Assembly (NCBI GenBank): GCA_031459875.1
Contig: JAVKHQ010000001.1
Coordinates: 214,035-278,034, forward strand
Length of the DNA stretch: 64,000 nt
Direction: 5' to 3'
Source of the DNA: Candidatus Fervidifonticultor sextus
GTDB lineage: Bacteria; Sysuimicrobiota; Sysuimicrobiia; Sysuimicrobiales; Humicultoraceae
Shown here: positions 10,070-18,535 of the stretch, piece by piece
How positions within the stretch are numbered: position 1 is the first letter of the stretch
Layout of the letters: the number at the start of each line of letters is the position of its first letter
Notes under the pieces: generated by a model
What the model saw: only the letters and a program-made list of their open reading frames with translations
Database searches by the model: none
Told to the model about the DNA's origin: nothing
Position numbers and translations under genes: made by a program

Positions 10070-11461
10070 ATGTTAGGATGGATTGTCGTGGCTCGGTCCT
10101 CTCCTTCCGTCGCCGGAACTGCACGCCCTGATTGGCTCGTCCAGTTCGGCCGGCGCCTGCTCCTGGCTCGAGGGCGCGCGGGCCTGACCCAGCAGGCGCT
10201 TGGCGCACCGGACCTCAGCAAGAGCTTCATCAGCCTGCTGGAAAGCGGGCGCTCGCACCCTTCGGTGGAGACGGTCATCGCCCTCGCCCGTCGGGTCGGT
10301 AGTTCCATCGGGGCGCTGCTGCTCGATACTCCGGCGCTCCGCCTGGAGACCGCGCAGAACCTCGTCCACTTGGCCGGCCAGATGGACCCCGGACCGCAGG
10401 GAGCCGAAGCGGTCACACTGGTCGAGGCGGCCCGGGTGCTGCTCCCGGATATGCCCGCAGACCTCCGCGTGCGCGCTGCCCTCGTGCGGGCCAGGGTTGC
10501 CATGGCCGGCGGGCGTCTTGACGAGGCCGCACGCTGGGCGGAAGAGGCGTTGACCCAGGCCCGACGCCATCGCCTGACGAACCTTGCCGGCATGGGCCTT
10601 GCGCTCAAGGGCGACGTGGCCCTCAAGCAGCGCTCGTTCAAGGCCGCCCTGCCGTTGCTGGAGGAGGCCACGACGACCCTCCAGCGGACGAAGTCGGCCC
10701 GGACCGAGGAGAACGTGCGGGCCCTGATCTCGCTGGGGGCGGCGTGCTTCCAGCTGGGGCTGACCGATCGGGCGGGCCGGGCCTACAAGCGGGCCCTGGA
10801 AGTGGCCACCCGCCTGCGCCTCCAGGCGCTTGGAGGCAAGGCCCTCATGGGCCTCGGCCTAGTGGCGCGGGCGCGGCGCCAGGCCGATCTGGCCGTCTCG
10901 CTGCTGCGGCAGGCGCACGAAGCGTTCGCCCAGGCCGATCAGGTCGCCGAGGCAGGCCAGGCGCTCAATGCCCTGGGTCTGGTCCTGCGCGAGCAGGGCC
11001 GGCACCAGGAGGCCCTGGCGGCCCTGGAACAGGCGCTCCAGCTCCGGGATCGGCTGGAGTCGCCTGGCGTCCGCAGCGCCACGTTGGACGAGATCGCCCT
11101 GGTCCACCTGGCGCTGGGCCGCCACGCAGATGCGGCCCGCGCGGCGCGCCGGGCCATCAGAGAGGCCGAGGCGGCCAGGGATCGCGGACGCGAGGCGGCC
11201 GCGCAGGTCACGCTGGCCCGGGTGCTCCGCGCCCGGGGCCGCCGGCGGGAAGCGGTCCACCTGCTCCGCGGCGCGATCACCGTCCTGATGCGGCTCGGCC
11301 TCGACCAGCAGGCGAAAGCCGCAGCCGCGGATCTGGGCCTGCTGTTGCGCGATGCCGGGAACCAGCAGGACGCTGAGAAGTACCTGGCGATGGCCCTGCG
11401 GAAGTCCCCGGCTCCCGCCTCCGCGCGCCAGGCCCCGGCCCTGGAGGAACTGCCCCACTGA
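10070..11461 (+). CDS. Transcriptional regulator with N-terminal XRE-family HTH and C-terminal TPR repeats (RNPP/PlcR-NprR-like architecture)
   Basis: N-terminal LTQQALGAPDLSKSFISLLESGRSHPSVETVIALARRVG is a Cro/C1-type HTH. The rest is Ala/Leu-rich TPR-like repeats (LISLGAACFQLGLTDRAGRAYKRALEVA..). Confidence 0.7.
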   Translation: MLGWIVVARSSPSVAGTARPDWLVQFGRRLLLARGRAGLTQQALGAPDLSKSFISLLESGRSHPSVETVIALARRVGSSIGALLLDTPALRLETAQNLVHLAGQMDPGPQGAEAVTLVEAARVLLPDMPADLRVRAALVRARVAMAGGRLDEAARWAEEALTQARRHRLTNLAGMGLALKGDVALKQRSFKAALPLLEEATTTLQRTKSARTEENVRALISLGAACFQLGLTDRAGRAYKRALEVATRLRLQALGGKALMGLGLVARARRQADLAVSLLRQAHEAFAQADQVAEAGQALNALGLVLREQGRHQEALAALEQALQLRDRLESPGVRSATLDEIALVHLALGRHADAARAARRAIREAEAARDRGREAAAQVTLARVLRARGRRREAVHLLRGAITVLMRLGLDQQAKAAAADLGLLLRDAGNQQDAEKYLAMALRKSPAPASARQAPALEELPH

Positions 11462-11636
11462 CCGTTGGGGATCCCCGCCACCGGCGGCCCCGCAGAACCG
11501 CAGGCCGCCGGGACCGCCAGTATCTTCCTGACCGGCACGGATCCGGCAGGCGCCCCGATCAGGGCCCGATGCCCGCGCGGAGTCCCCCTGCCCACGACGG
11601 CGCCCGGCGGTGTATCCTTGTGCCCGAGGAGACCCG

Positions 11637-13367
11637 ATGAACCGCGAGACGAAAAGCCCGACCCGCAAGCGACACGTCAGCCCCAACTTCATCACCGAGA
11701 TCATCGATGCCGATCTCCGCCGGGGGCGCTACCCAAAGGTCGTCACGCGCTTTCCGCCCGAGCCCAACGGCTATCTGCACATCGGGCACGCCAAGTCCAT
11801 CTGCCTGAACTTCGGGCTGGCCCTCGACTACGGCGGGGAGTGCAACCTGCGTTTCGACGACACCAATCCCGAGACCGAGTCGCTCGAGTACGTCGAGAGC
11901 ATCAAGCGGGACGTCCAGTGGCTGGGCTTCCAGTGGGCCCGGGAGTGCTACGCGTCGGACTACTTCGAGCAACTCTACGAATGCGCGGTCCAACTCATCA
12001 AGGAAGGTAAGGCCTACGTGGACAGCCTCACCGAGGAGGAGATCGGCGCCTACCGGGGCACCGTCACCCAGCCGGGCCGCCCCAGCCCCTACCGCGACCG
12101 CAGCGTGGAGGAGAACCTGGACCTCTTCCGGCGCATGCGCGCCGGCGAATTTCCCACCGGCGCGCACGTCCTGCGGGCCAAGATCGACCTGGCGAGCCGC
12201 AACATGAAGTTGCGCGACCCGGTCCTCTACCGCATCGTGCACGCCACCCACTACCACACCGGGGACGCCTGGTGCATCTACCCGCTGTACGACTTCGCCC
12301 ATCCGCTGTCGGACGCCATCGAGGGTATCTCCCACAGCCTCTGCACCCTGGAGTTCGAGAACAACCGGGCCATCTACGACTGGCTGGTGGAGCACCTGCG
12401 CGGCAAGTGCGGCCTGCCGGCCTCACCCCGTCCCCACCAGTACGAGTTTGCCCGGCTGAACCTGGACTACACGGTGCTGTCCAAGCGCAAGTTGATCCGA
12501 CTGGTGGAAGGGAAGTACGTGCAGGGCTGGGACGACCCGCGCATGCCCACCCTCTCGGGCCTGCGGCGGCGCGGGGTCACGCCGGAAGCCATCCGCGAGT
12601 TCGCCGCCCGGATCGGGGTGGCCAGGGCCGACAACCGGGTGGACGTCGCGATCCTGGAGGCCGCCATCCGCGACGACCTCAACCCCCGCGCGCCCCGGGT
12701 GATGGCCGTGCTCAGGCCGCTGCGCGTCGTCCTGACCAACTTCCCGGAGGGACGGGTCGAGCACCTGGAGGCCCCCTACTGGCCCCACGACGTGCCGAAG
12801 ACGGGCTCGCGGCGCGTGCCGTTCGCGCGGGACCTCTACATCGAGCGCGACGACTTCATGGAGCACCCACCCAAGGGTTTCTACCGCCTCACACCTGGCG
12901 GGCGCGTGCGGCTGCGGCACGCCTACGTGATCCGCTGCGACCACGTGGTCAAGGGCTCTAGCGGCGAGGTCGTCGAACTGCGCTGCACCTACGACCCCGA
13001 CACGCTCGGCAGGAACCCGGCCGACGGTCCCCCCAAGGGCACGATCCACTGGGTCTCCGCCGCGCACGCGGTGCGGGCAGAAGTCCGCCTCTACGACCGC
13101 CTGTTCAGCGTACCCGATCCCGAAGCCGGCCCGGGCGAGTTCACCGACTACCTGAACCCCAACTCCCTGATCACGGTTGAAGGGTTCGTCGAGCCCAGCG
13201 TCCTCCACGACCCGCCGGAGGTCCGGTATCAGTTCGAACGGCTGGGGTATTTCTGGCAGGACCCGGCCGACTCCAGGCCCGAGCGCCTGGTCTTCAACCG
13301 GATCGTGCCGCTGCGCGACTCGTGGGCCAAGGTCGCCCGCGATGCAGCCGCTATCGAATCGAGATAG
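11637..13367 (+). CDS. glnS: Glutamine--tRNA ligase (GlnRS)
   Basis: [45 protein letters not shown] is almost identical to the E. coli GlnRS HIGH region. VLSKRKL marks the KMSK region. Start taken at ATG 11637 (SD GAGGAG), not the upstream M at 11610. Confidence 0.85.
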   Translation: MNRETKSPTRKRHVSPNFITEIIDADLRRGRYPKVVTRFPPEPNGYLHIGHAKSICLNFGLALDYGGECNLRFDDTNPETESLEYVESIKRDVQWLGFQWARECYASDYFEQLYECAVQLIKEGKAYVDSLTEEEIGAYRGTVTQPGRPSPYRDRSVEENLDLFRRMRAGEFPTGAHVLRAKIDLASRNMKLRDPVLYRIVHATHYHTGDAWCIYPLYDFAHPLSDAIEGISHSLCTLEFENNRAIYDWLVEHLRGKCGLPASPRPHQYEFARLNLDYTVLSKRKLIRLVEGKYVQGWDDPRMPTLSGLRRRGVTPEAIREFAARIGVARADNRVDVAILEAAIRDDLNPRAPRVMAVLRPLRVVLTNFPEGRVEHLEAPYWPHDVPKTGSRRVPFARDLYIERDDFMEHPPKGFYRLTPGGRVRLRHAYVIRCDHVVKGSSGEVVELRCTYDPDTLGRNPADGPPKGTIHWVSAAHAVRAEVRLYDRLFSVPDPEAGPGEFTDYLNPNSLITVEGFVEPSVLHDPPEVRYQFERLGYFWQDPADSRPERLVFNRIVPLRDSWAKVARDAAAIESR

Positions 13368-14250
13368 GGTTTGACTCAATCGCCTCGGGCATGTCCGGGG
13401 AGGGTCTGTGGCAGAACGAGAGGCGGACCCGAGCCCTGTCCAGGGGCGTCAGGCCCCTGGGGATGGTCCAGACCAGCGACCTCGCTGCCCCACGGTTCGG
13501 AATGATCACGCAGGTGGTCCGGGCGTGCTCCAGACGGGCGGCGGCGACCACGCGGCCGCGGTCGGTCACCTGGATGGCGGGACGCACGCCGATCGGATAG
13601 TCGGTGATCCGACCCAGGGCCATCCGGACCTGCTCCCCCGCCCGGTAGAGATCCCATTCGGTGCGCAGCAGGACGAGTCTGTTGCGGGCGCCGAGGTCCT
13701 GTTCGACCCCCGTGGAGGTCTCATCCCAAAACCGGCTTGGGCCAACGTCGATGTGCACGGCGCTCGCATGGTAGTACCCGGCCCCGCAGCAGTCGAGGCT
13801 GCGGACGAACTCCCAGAGTCGCTTCCCCTCGACCCCCTCCATCTCGATGTCGGCCGCCATCCCCTCCAGGTGCATGCTCGTGCGGGCCGCCAGCCTGCCT
13901 CTCCTCCGGAGCCCTTCATTGTCGGCGGGACTCCGATAGCCCGACACGATCCTGATCGGCCCGCCTCTCAGGTGGTCCTGGAGGTAGTCGAGGAGGGCGA
14001 CCAGCCGGAGGGCAATCCCCTCAGAGGCGTGGGGCGGGACGCCGAAGATCTGGTTGATCCGCCTGTGAACCGATTTCGGATAGTCACCCCCCGGCGTTCG
14101 GTACGCCATCACACCGCCGCCGGTGTGCGCATTGACGAGATGGACGATCCCGTCTCCTTCGAGAAAGAACCGTCGCGAGGCCGAGGCCCCGGCGGTCAGG
14201 GGGAAGAGCAAGAGCAAGGCCGCCACCGAGCAGAGAGCCGCATTGGGCAT
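13351..14250 (-). CDS. Peptidase M15A / DUF882 (YcbK-like) family protein, secreted
   Basis: The C-terminal domain (..[54 protein letters not shown]) matches the zinc D-Ala-D-Ala carboxypeptidase-like fold. The ORF-track N-terminal extension runs over the tRNA gene, so the start is set at M126 ([32 protein letters not shown]), which gives a signal-peptide-like N-terminus with an SRRxFL motif. Confidence 0.6.
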   Translation of the reverse strand: MPNAALCSVAALLLLFPLTAGASASRRFFLEGDGIVHLVNAHTGGGVMAYRTPGGDYPKSVHRRINQIFGVPPHASEGIALRLVALLDYLQDHLRGGPIRIVSGYRSPADNEGLRRRGRLAARTSMHLEGMAADIEMEGVEGKRLWEFVRSLDCCGAGYYHASAVHIDVGPSRFWDETSTGVEQDLGARNRLVLLRTEWDLYRAGEQVRMALGRITDYPIGVRPAIQVTDRGRVVAAARLEHARTTCVIIPNRGAARSLVWTIPRGLTPLDRARVRLSFCHRPSPDMPEAIESNPISIR

Positions 14251-14502
14251 CGGGGACCCACCCACAGCCACCGGGTTCCCAGTGGGTTCTTGAAAGAACC
14301 TGTGCCGTCCTTCCGGGAAGGGGCAGCATCTCAAGTCGCCGCGTGCCCGCAACCGGCCCGCAGACCCAGACCCACACCCGGCCATCGGCTGGATGGTGAA
14401 GACCAGATGCGACAAAGCGCGCCCCGGAGCTTCGCACTCCCGTGGGGGAGCCGGGGACCGACCCGGCAACGGCAGCACCGTGAAAGCGCAAGGTCCATGC
14501 CC

Positions 14503-14576
14503 TGGCTGGGGGAGGAGGATTCGAACCCCCACTAACGGGTCCAGAGCCCGTCGTCCTACCGTTAGACGATCCCCCA
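14503..14576 (-). tRNA. tRNA-Gln (anticodon CUG)
   Basis: Minus-strand sequence: TGGGGGATCGTCTAACGGTAGGACGACGGGCTCTGGACCCGTTAGTGGGGGTTCGAATCCTCCTCCCCCAGCCA. It folds as a cloverleaf: 7-bp acceptor stem with the U1:A72 pair typical of tRNA-Gln, U8, a GG D-loop, anticodon loop CU-CUG-GA, T-loop TTCGAAT, and an encoded CCA. Closely resembles E. coli tRNA-Gln. Confidence 0.85.
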
Positions 14577-14655
14577 GCGCACACGCGCCGCGGCAGCCCG
14601 CGGCGCGTGTGCTATGCGGTTGCACGCTGATTATACGGGAGGCTTCAAAACAGGG

Positions 14656-16137
14656 TCAAGGCACGACCGCCCCGGCAGCGAACGCGGCCGCCCGACGCAG
14701 CCGGTCCACGGCCCGCTCCCGACCGAGCACCTCGGTGAGTTCGAACAACCCCGGCCCGGCGGTCTTGCCGGTGAGGGCCACCCGCGCCGGATGGATGAGT
14801 GCCCGGGCCTCTGCGCCGGCACGGGCGCAGACACCGCGCAATGCGGCCTCGATCGTCCCGCGCTCGAAGGGCTCCAGGTCCGCCAGCGCGTCCGCATAAG
14901 CGGCCAGCAGGGGCGCCGAGGCCGGCGTCAGGTGTACCGCCGCAGCCGCCGGGTCGTACTCGACGTCCCGGAAGAAGAAGTCGCCGTAGGCGATGATGTC
15001 GCGGCCGGTCTTCAAGCGCTCCCCCACCACCTCCACCACCCGGGCCAGGTAGGCCCGCGCCTCGGGACCCGGATCGGCCGGCAGCAGGCCTTCCCGCTGC
15101 AGGATGCCAACACAGAGGTCGACCACGCGGCCGGGGGCCTGCCCCATGAGCCGGCGCATGTAGACGCCGTTGAGCCAGGTGAGTTTGTCCAGGTCGAAGA
15201 TCGGCGAGGCCCGGCCCACCTCCTCGAGCCGGAACTCCCGGACCAGTTCTTCCAGCGCATAGACCTCGCGCTCGGACTCGGGATGCCAGGCCATCAGCGC
15301 GAAGAAGTTCAGCAGCGCCTCCGGCAGGTAGCCCTGCTCCCGGTACTCCCGCACCGCGGTGTCGCCGTGCCGCTTGGACAGTTTCTTCCGGTCAGCGCCC
15401 AGGATCACCGGGAGGTGGGCGAATGCCGGCGGGGCCCATCCCAGCGCCCGGTACATCACCCACTGCTTGGGCGTGTTCGACAGGTGCTCGCTGGCCCGGA
15501 TGACGTGCGTGATGTCCATCAGGTGGTCGTCGACGACGTTGGCGAAGTTGTACAGCGGCGTGCCGTCGGACCGCACGATGATGTAGTCGTCCAGGTGCTC
15601 GGGCTCGAAGACCACGCGACCCCGGATCAGGTCGTCCACGACGATCGGCTCAGCCAGGTCCGTGACCCGCAGGCGCAGCGACGGACGGCGGCCGGCGGCC
15701 TCGAAAGCCGCCCGCTGGGCCGCGGTCAGGTCGCGGCAGCGGCCGGAGTACCGATGCGGCCGGCGCTCCCGCTCGGCCCGGCGGCGCTCGGCGTCCAGTT
15801 CGTCCGCGGTGCAGTAGCAGGGATAGGCGGCACCCCGGTCGGCCAGTTCGCGGGCAAAGCGGGCGTAGAGGTCCTGGCGCTCGGTCTGCCGGTAGGGCCC
15901 GACCGGCCCCCCGACGTCAGGGCCCTCCTGCCAGCCCAGGCCCAGCCAGCGGAAGTCCTCGAAGATCGCCGCCTCATAGGCCTGGGTCGAGCGCGAGCGG
16001 TCGGTGTCCTCGATCCGCAGGATGAAGACCCCGCCGTGGTGGCGGGCGAACAGCCAGTTGAAGAACGCGGTCCAGGCGCCGCCGATGTGGAGATACCCGG
16101 TCGGGGAGGGCGCAAAGCGCGTGCGGACCGCTGCCAC
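14656..16137 (-). CDS. gltX: Glutamate--tRNA ligase (GluRS)
   Basis: RTRFAPSPTGYLHIGGAWTAFFNWLFARHHGGVFILRIEDTDRSRS (HIGH motif) and KLSKRHG (KMSKS). 493 aa. Confidence 0.9.
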   Translation of the reverse strand: MAAVRTRFAPSPTGYLHIGGAWTAFFNWLFARHHGGVFILRIEDTDRSRSTQAYEAAIFEDFRWLGLGWQEGPDVGGPVGPYRQTERQDLYARFARELADRGAAYPCYCTADELDAERRRAERERRPHRYSGRCRDLTAAQRAAFEAAGRRPSLRLRVTDLAEPIVVDDLIRGRVVFEPEHLDDYIIVRSDGTPLYNFANVVDDHLMDITHVIRASEHLSNTPKQWVMYRALGWAPPAFAHLPVILGADRKKLSKRHGDTAVREYREQGYLPEALLNFFALMAWHPESEREVYALEELVREFRLEEVGRASPIFDLDKLTWLNGVYMRRLMGQAPGRVVDLCVGILQREGLLPADPGPEARAYLARVVEVVGERLKTGRDIIAYGDFFFRDVEYDPAAAAVHLTPASAPLLAAYADALADLEPFERGTIEAALRGVCARAGAEARALIHPARVALTGKTAGPGLFELTEVLGRERAVDRLRRAAAFAAGAVVP

Positions 16138-16160
16138 GTCCCTATTCTACGCGACCCGGG

Positions 16161-17114
16161 CTACGTGAACAGCAGGCTGACGGACTGGTTCATGTGGATC
16201 CGCCGGATCGCCTCGGCGAGCAGCGGCGCCGCCGAGAGCACCGTGATCTTCGGCAGGAGACGGTCGGGAGGGATGGGGATCGTGTTGGTGACGATCACTT
16301 CGCGGATCTCGGGACGGGACAGCCGCTGCGTGGCCGGTCCGGCCAGGACCGGGTGGGTGGCGCACACGTAGATCTCGGGCACGCAGCCGTGGGCCAGCAA
16401 GACGTCGGCGGCCTGCATGAGGGTCCCGGCGGTGTCGATGATGTCCTCGATGAAGATGGGGGTCTTCCCTTCCACCTCGCCGACCATCTGGATCGGCTCC
16501 TTGGAGTCGGCTCCGACCCGGCGCTGGAAGATGACCGCCAGCGGCAGGTCCAGCCGGTCGGCCAGCCGCTTGCTGCGCTTCACCGCGCCGTCATCGGCGG
16601 CCACGACCACGCCGTTCTTGAGGTCCCTGCGGAGGAGGCAGTCGGCGAACAGCGGCAGCGCCCTCAGGTGGTCCACCGGGATGGTGAAGAACCCTTCGAC
16701 CTGCCCGGCGTGAAGGTCGAGGGTCAGCACCCGGTCGACGCCGGCCGTGGTCAGGAGGTCCGCCACGAGCCGGCCGGTGATGGGCTCGCGCGGCGCATCC
16801 TTCTTGTCCTGGCGGGCATAGGCGAAGTACGGGACGACGGCGGTGATGCGCCCGGCCGAAGCGCGGCGGAGGGCGTCCACCATGATGAGCAACTCCATGA
16901 GGTGTTCATTGACCGGGTGACAGGTGGACTGGACGACAAACGCATCCTCGCCGCGGGCGTTCTCTTCGTAGCGGCAGTAGATCTCGCCATCTGCGAAGCG
17001 CATGAGCCTCACGCGACCGGGGTTGATCTGCAGGTACTCGGCGATCTCCCGACCCAGATCGGGCACCGAGCTGCCGCAGAAGAGTTTCAGCTCGCCGTAG
17101 GTGGTATCGGTCAT
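16161..17114 (-). CDS. prs: Ribose-phosphate pyrophosphokinase (PRPP synthetase)
   Basis: The C-terminal 317 aa of the 730-aa track ORF carry the Prs signatures: MTDTTYGELKLFCGSS.., ..VVPYFAYARQDKK.., ..GKTPIFIEDIIDTAGTL... The upstream 400 aa are G/R/P-rich junk, so the start is set at the internal ATG 17112-17114. Confidence 0.9.
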   Translation of the reverse strand: MTDTTYGELKLFCGSSVPDLGREIAEYLQINPGRVRLMRFADGEIYCRYEENARGEDAFVVQSTCHPVNEHLMELLIMVDALRRASAGRITAVVPYFAYARQDKKDAPREPITGRLVADLLTTAGVDRVLTLDLHAGQVEGFFTIPVDHLRALPLFADCLLRRDLKNGVVVAADDGAVKRSKRLADRLDLPLAVIFQRRVGADSKEPIQMVGEVEGKTPIFIEDIIDTAGTLMQAADVLLAHGCVPEIYVCATHPVLAGPATQRLSRPEIREVIVTNTIPIPPDRLLPKITVLSAAPLLAEAIRRIHMNQSVSLLFT

Positions 17115-17122
17115 GGCGCGGG

Positions 17123-17386
17123 CTACCGCGCCTGGACGAGGAACTTGATGGCCGTGCGCTCTTCGCCATCGATCTCCACTTTGGTGAACGCAGGGATGGT
17201 GACGAGATCGATGCCGTTGGGGGCGACGAAGCCACGGGTGATCGCAATCGCCTTCACGGCCTGGTTGACGGCCCCAGCGCCGACCGCCTGGATCTCCACC
17301 GAGCCCTGCTCGCGGAGTACTGCCGCCACGGCGCCCGCCACCGCCTTGGGCTTGGAATCCGCGGAGACCTTGAGCACCTCCGCCAT
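17123..17386 (-). CDS. spoVS: Stage V sporulation protein S
   Basis: 87 aa: MAEVLKVSADSKPKAVAGAVAAVLREQGSVEIQAVGAGAVNQAVKAIAITRGFVAPNGIDLVTIPAFTKVEIDGEERTAIKFLVQAR. Near-identical to the Bacillus/Clostridium SpoVS family. Confidence 0.85.
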   Translation of the reverse strand: MAEVLKVSADSKPKAVAGAVAAVLREQGSVEIQAVGAGAVNQAVKAIAITRGFVAPNGIDLVTIPAFTKVEIDGEERTAIKFLVQAR

Positions 17387-17470
17387 GGCCGACCGCTGCC
17401 TCCTCGAAATGCGGCGACGAAAGGGGGGTTCCGCAAGCGTATTCGTCTGGTCGGGCGGAACTCCTCCCTT

Positions 17471-18535
17471 CTAGTCTACCAGCAGTCCCGCCGCGGCGGC
17501 GACTCCGGCGGCGGCCGCTCGGCGCCACTCCTCCAGGCGCGCCTGCAGGGCTGCCGGCTGCACCCGAGGTGCCGTCCAGGCCGCTTCGAGGGCCTGGAGG
17601 AGCGCCCGAGGAGACGCATCCACGGGCAGCAGCCCCTGAAGACCCTGCTCGGTCATGAAGGCCGAGACCTTGGGATCGTAGGCCAGCCCGACCGCGGGGA
17701 CGCCCGAGGCGGCGGCGAAGACGATGGCGTGGAATCGGACCCCGACCACCAGGTTCATGGCACCCACGAGCCCGAGCAGTTCCTGGGGGGTGGAAGCGGC
17801 AATGACACGGCCGCCGGAGGCCCGGGCGACGGCGTCGCTGGCGGCCTGATCTCGACGGCGATCGAACACCAGGACGGCGACCGAGGCCCCCCAGGAGGCG
17901 GTGGCGCGGCGCAGGATGCCTCCCAGGACCTCGGGGTCGGCCAGCCCCGGCCACGGTCGGACGGCGGCGGCCACGGTCGGACGGCCGGGTTCCAGGCCGG
18001 CGCGTCGGAGCGCGGTCTCCACCTGTTCCCGGGGCGCCGGGGAGAGCAGGACCGAGAGGTCGGCCCCGAGGTGGATCGGGCGGGACACGCCCAGGGCCTC
18101 GAGCGCCCCCAGGGAGTCCCGATCGCGGACGCTGATCACCCGGGCCGCCTCGAATGCCCGGGCCGCCACGTGCTGCACCCACCGGCGCCGGATCGGCCCG
18201 ATCCCCTGTCCAACCGCAGCGACCGGGACGCCCCGCCGGGCCGCCGCGAGCATCGTGCCGAGATAGTAAAGAGCACTGCGGGCGCTGGTGACGTCCTGCA
18301 CCAGCGATCCCCCGCCCATGATCAGCAGCCTGGCGCCAGCCAGTGCCTGCCACACCCGGGACGGTGTGCGCGGGATCGCCTCCACACCATGGAGGACCCG
18401 GGTGCCGGGCGGGTCGGCGGAGAAGACGATGGGGCGCGCCGAGGGCACGCGACCGCGCAGTTCCCCGAGCAATCCGGCCAGGACGGCCTCGTCGCCGAGG
18501 TTGCCGAAGCCGTAGTACCCGCTGATCAGGACCGG
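17471..18535 (-). CDS. csaB: Polysaccharide pyruvyl transferase CsaB (secondary cell wall polymer pyruvylation); start codon unresolved
   Basis: Conserved N-terminal motif ..VLISGYYGFGNLGDEAVL.. and C-terminal LAYDPKVSAFM, about 355 aa. The track ORF (to 19093) has a 185-aa G/R-rich extension overlapping the upstream gene. No ATG/GTG/TTG lies in frame between the upstream gene's stop and the conserved motif. Confidence 0.7.
   Translation of the reverse strand, partial: PVLISGYYGFGNLGDEAVLAGLLGELRGRVPSARPIVFSADPPGTRVLHGVEAIPRTPSRVWQALAGARLLIMGGGSLVQDVTSARSALYYLGTMLAAARRGVPVAAVGQGIGPIRRRWVQHVAARAFEAARVISVRDRDSLGALEALGVSRPIHLGADLSVLLSPAPREQVETALRRAGLEPGRPTVAAAVRPWPGLADPEVLGGILRRATASWGASVAVLVFDRRRDQAASDAVARASGGRVIAASTPQELLGLVGAMNLVVGVRFHAIVFAAASGVPAVGLAYDPKVSAFMTEQGLQGLLPVDASPRALLQALEAAWTAPRVQPAALQARLEEWRRAAAAGVAAAAGLLVD

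Noticed and set aside
16161-18353. 730-aa ORF spanning prs and spoVS
   Set aside because: Only the last 317 aa are Prs. The upstream 400 aa are G/R/P-rich and run antisense-independent across the spoVS locus in another frame. The start was placed at the internal ATG.
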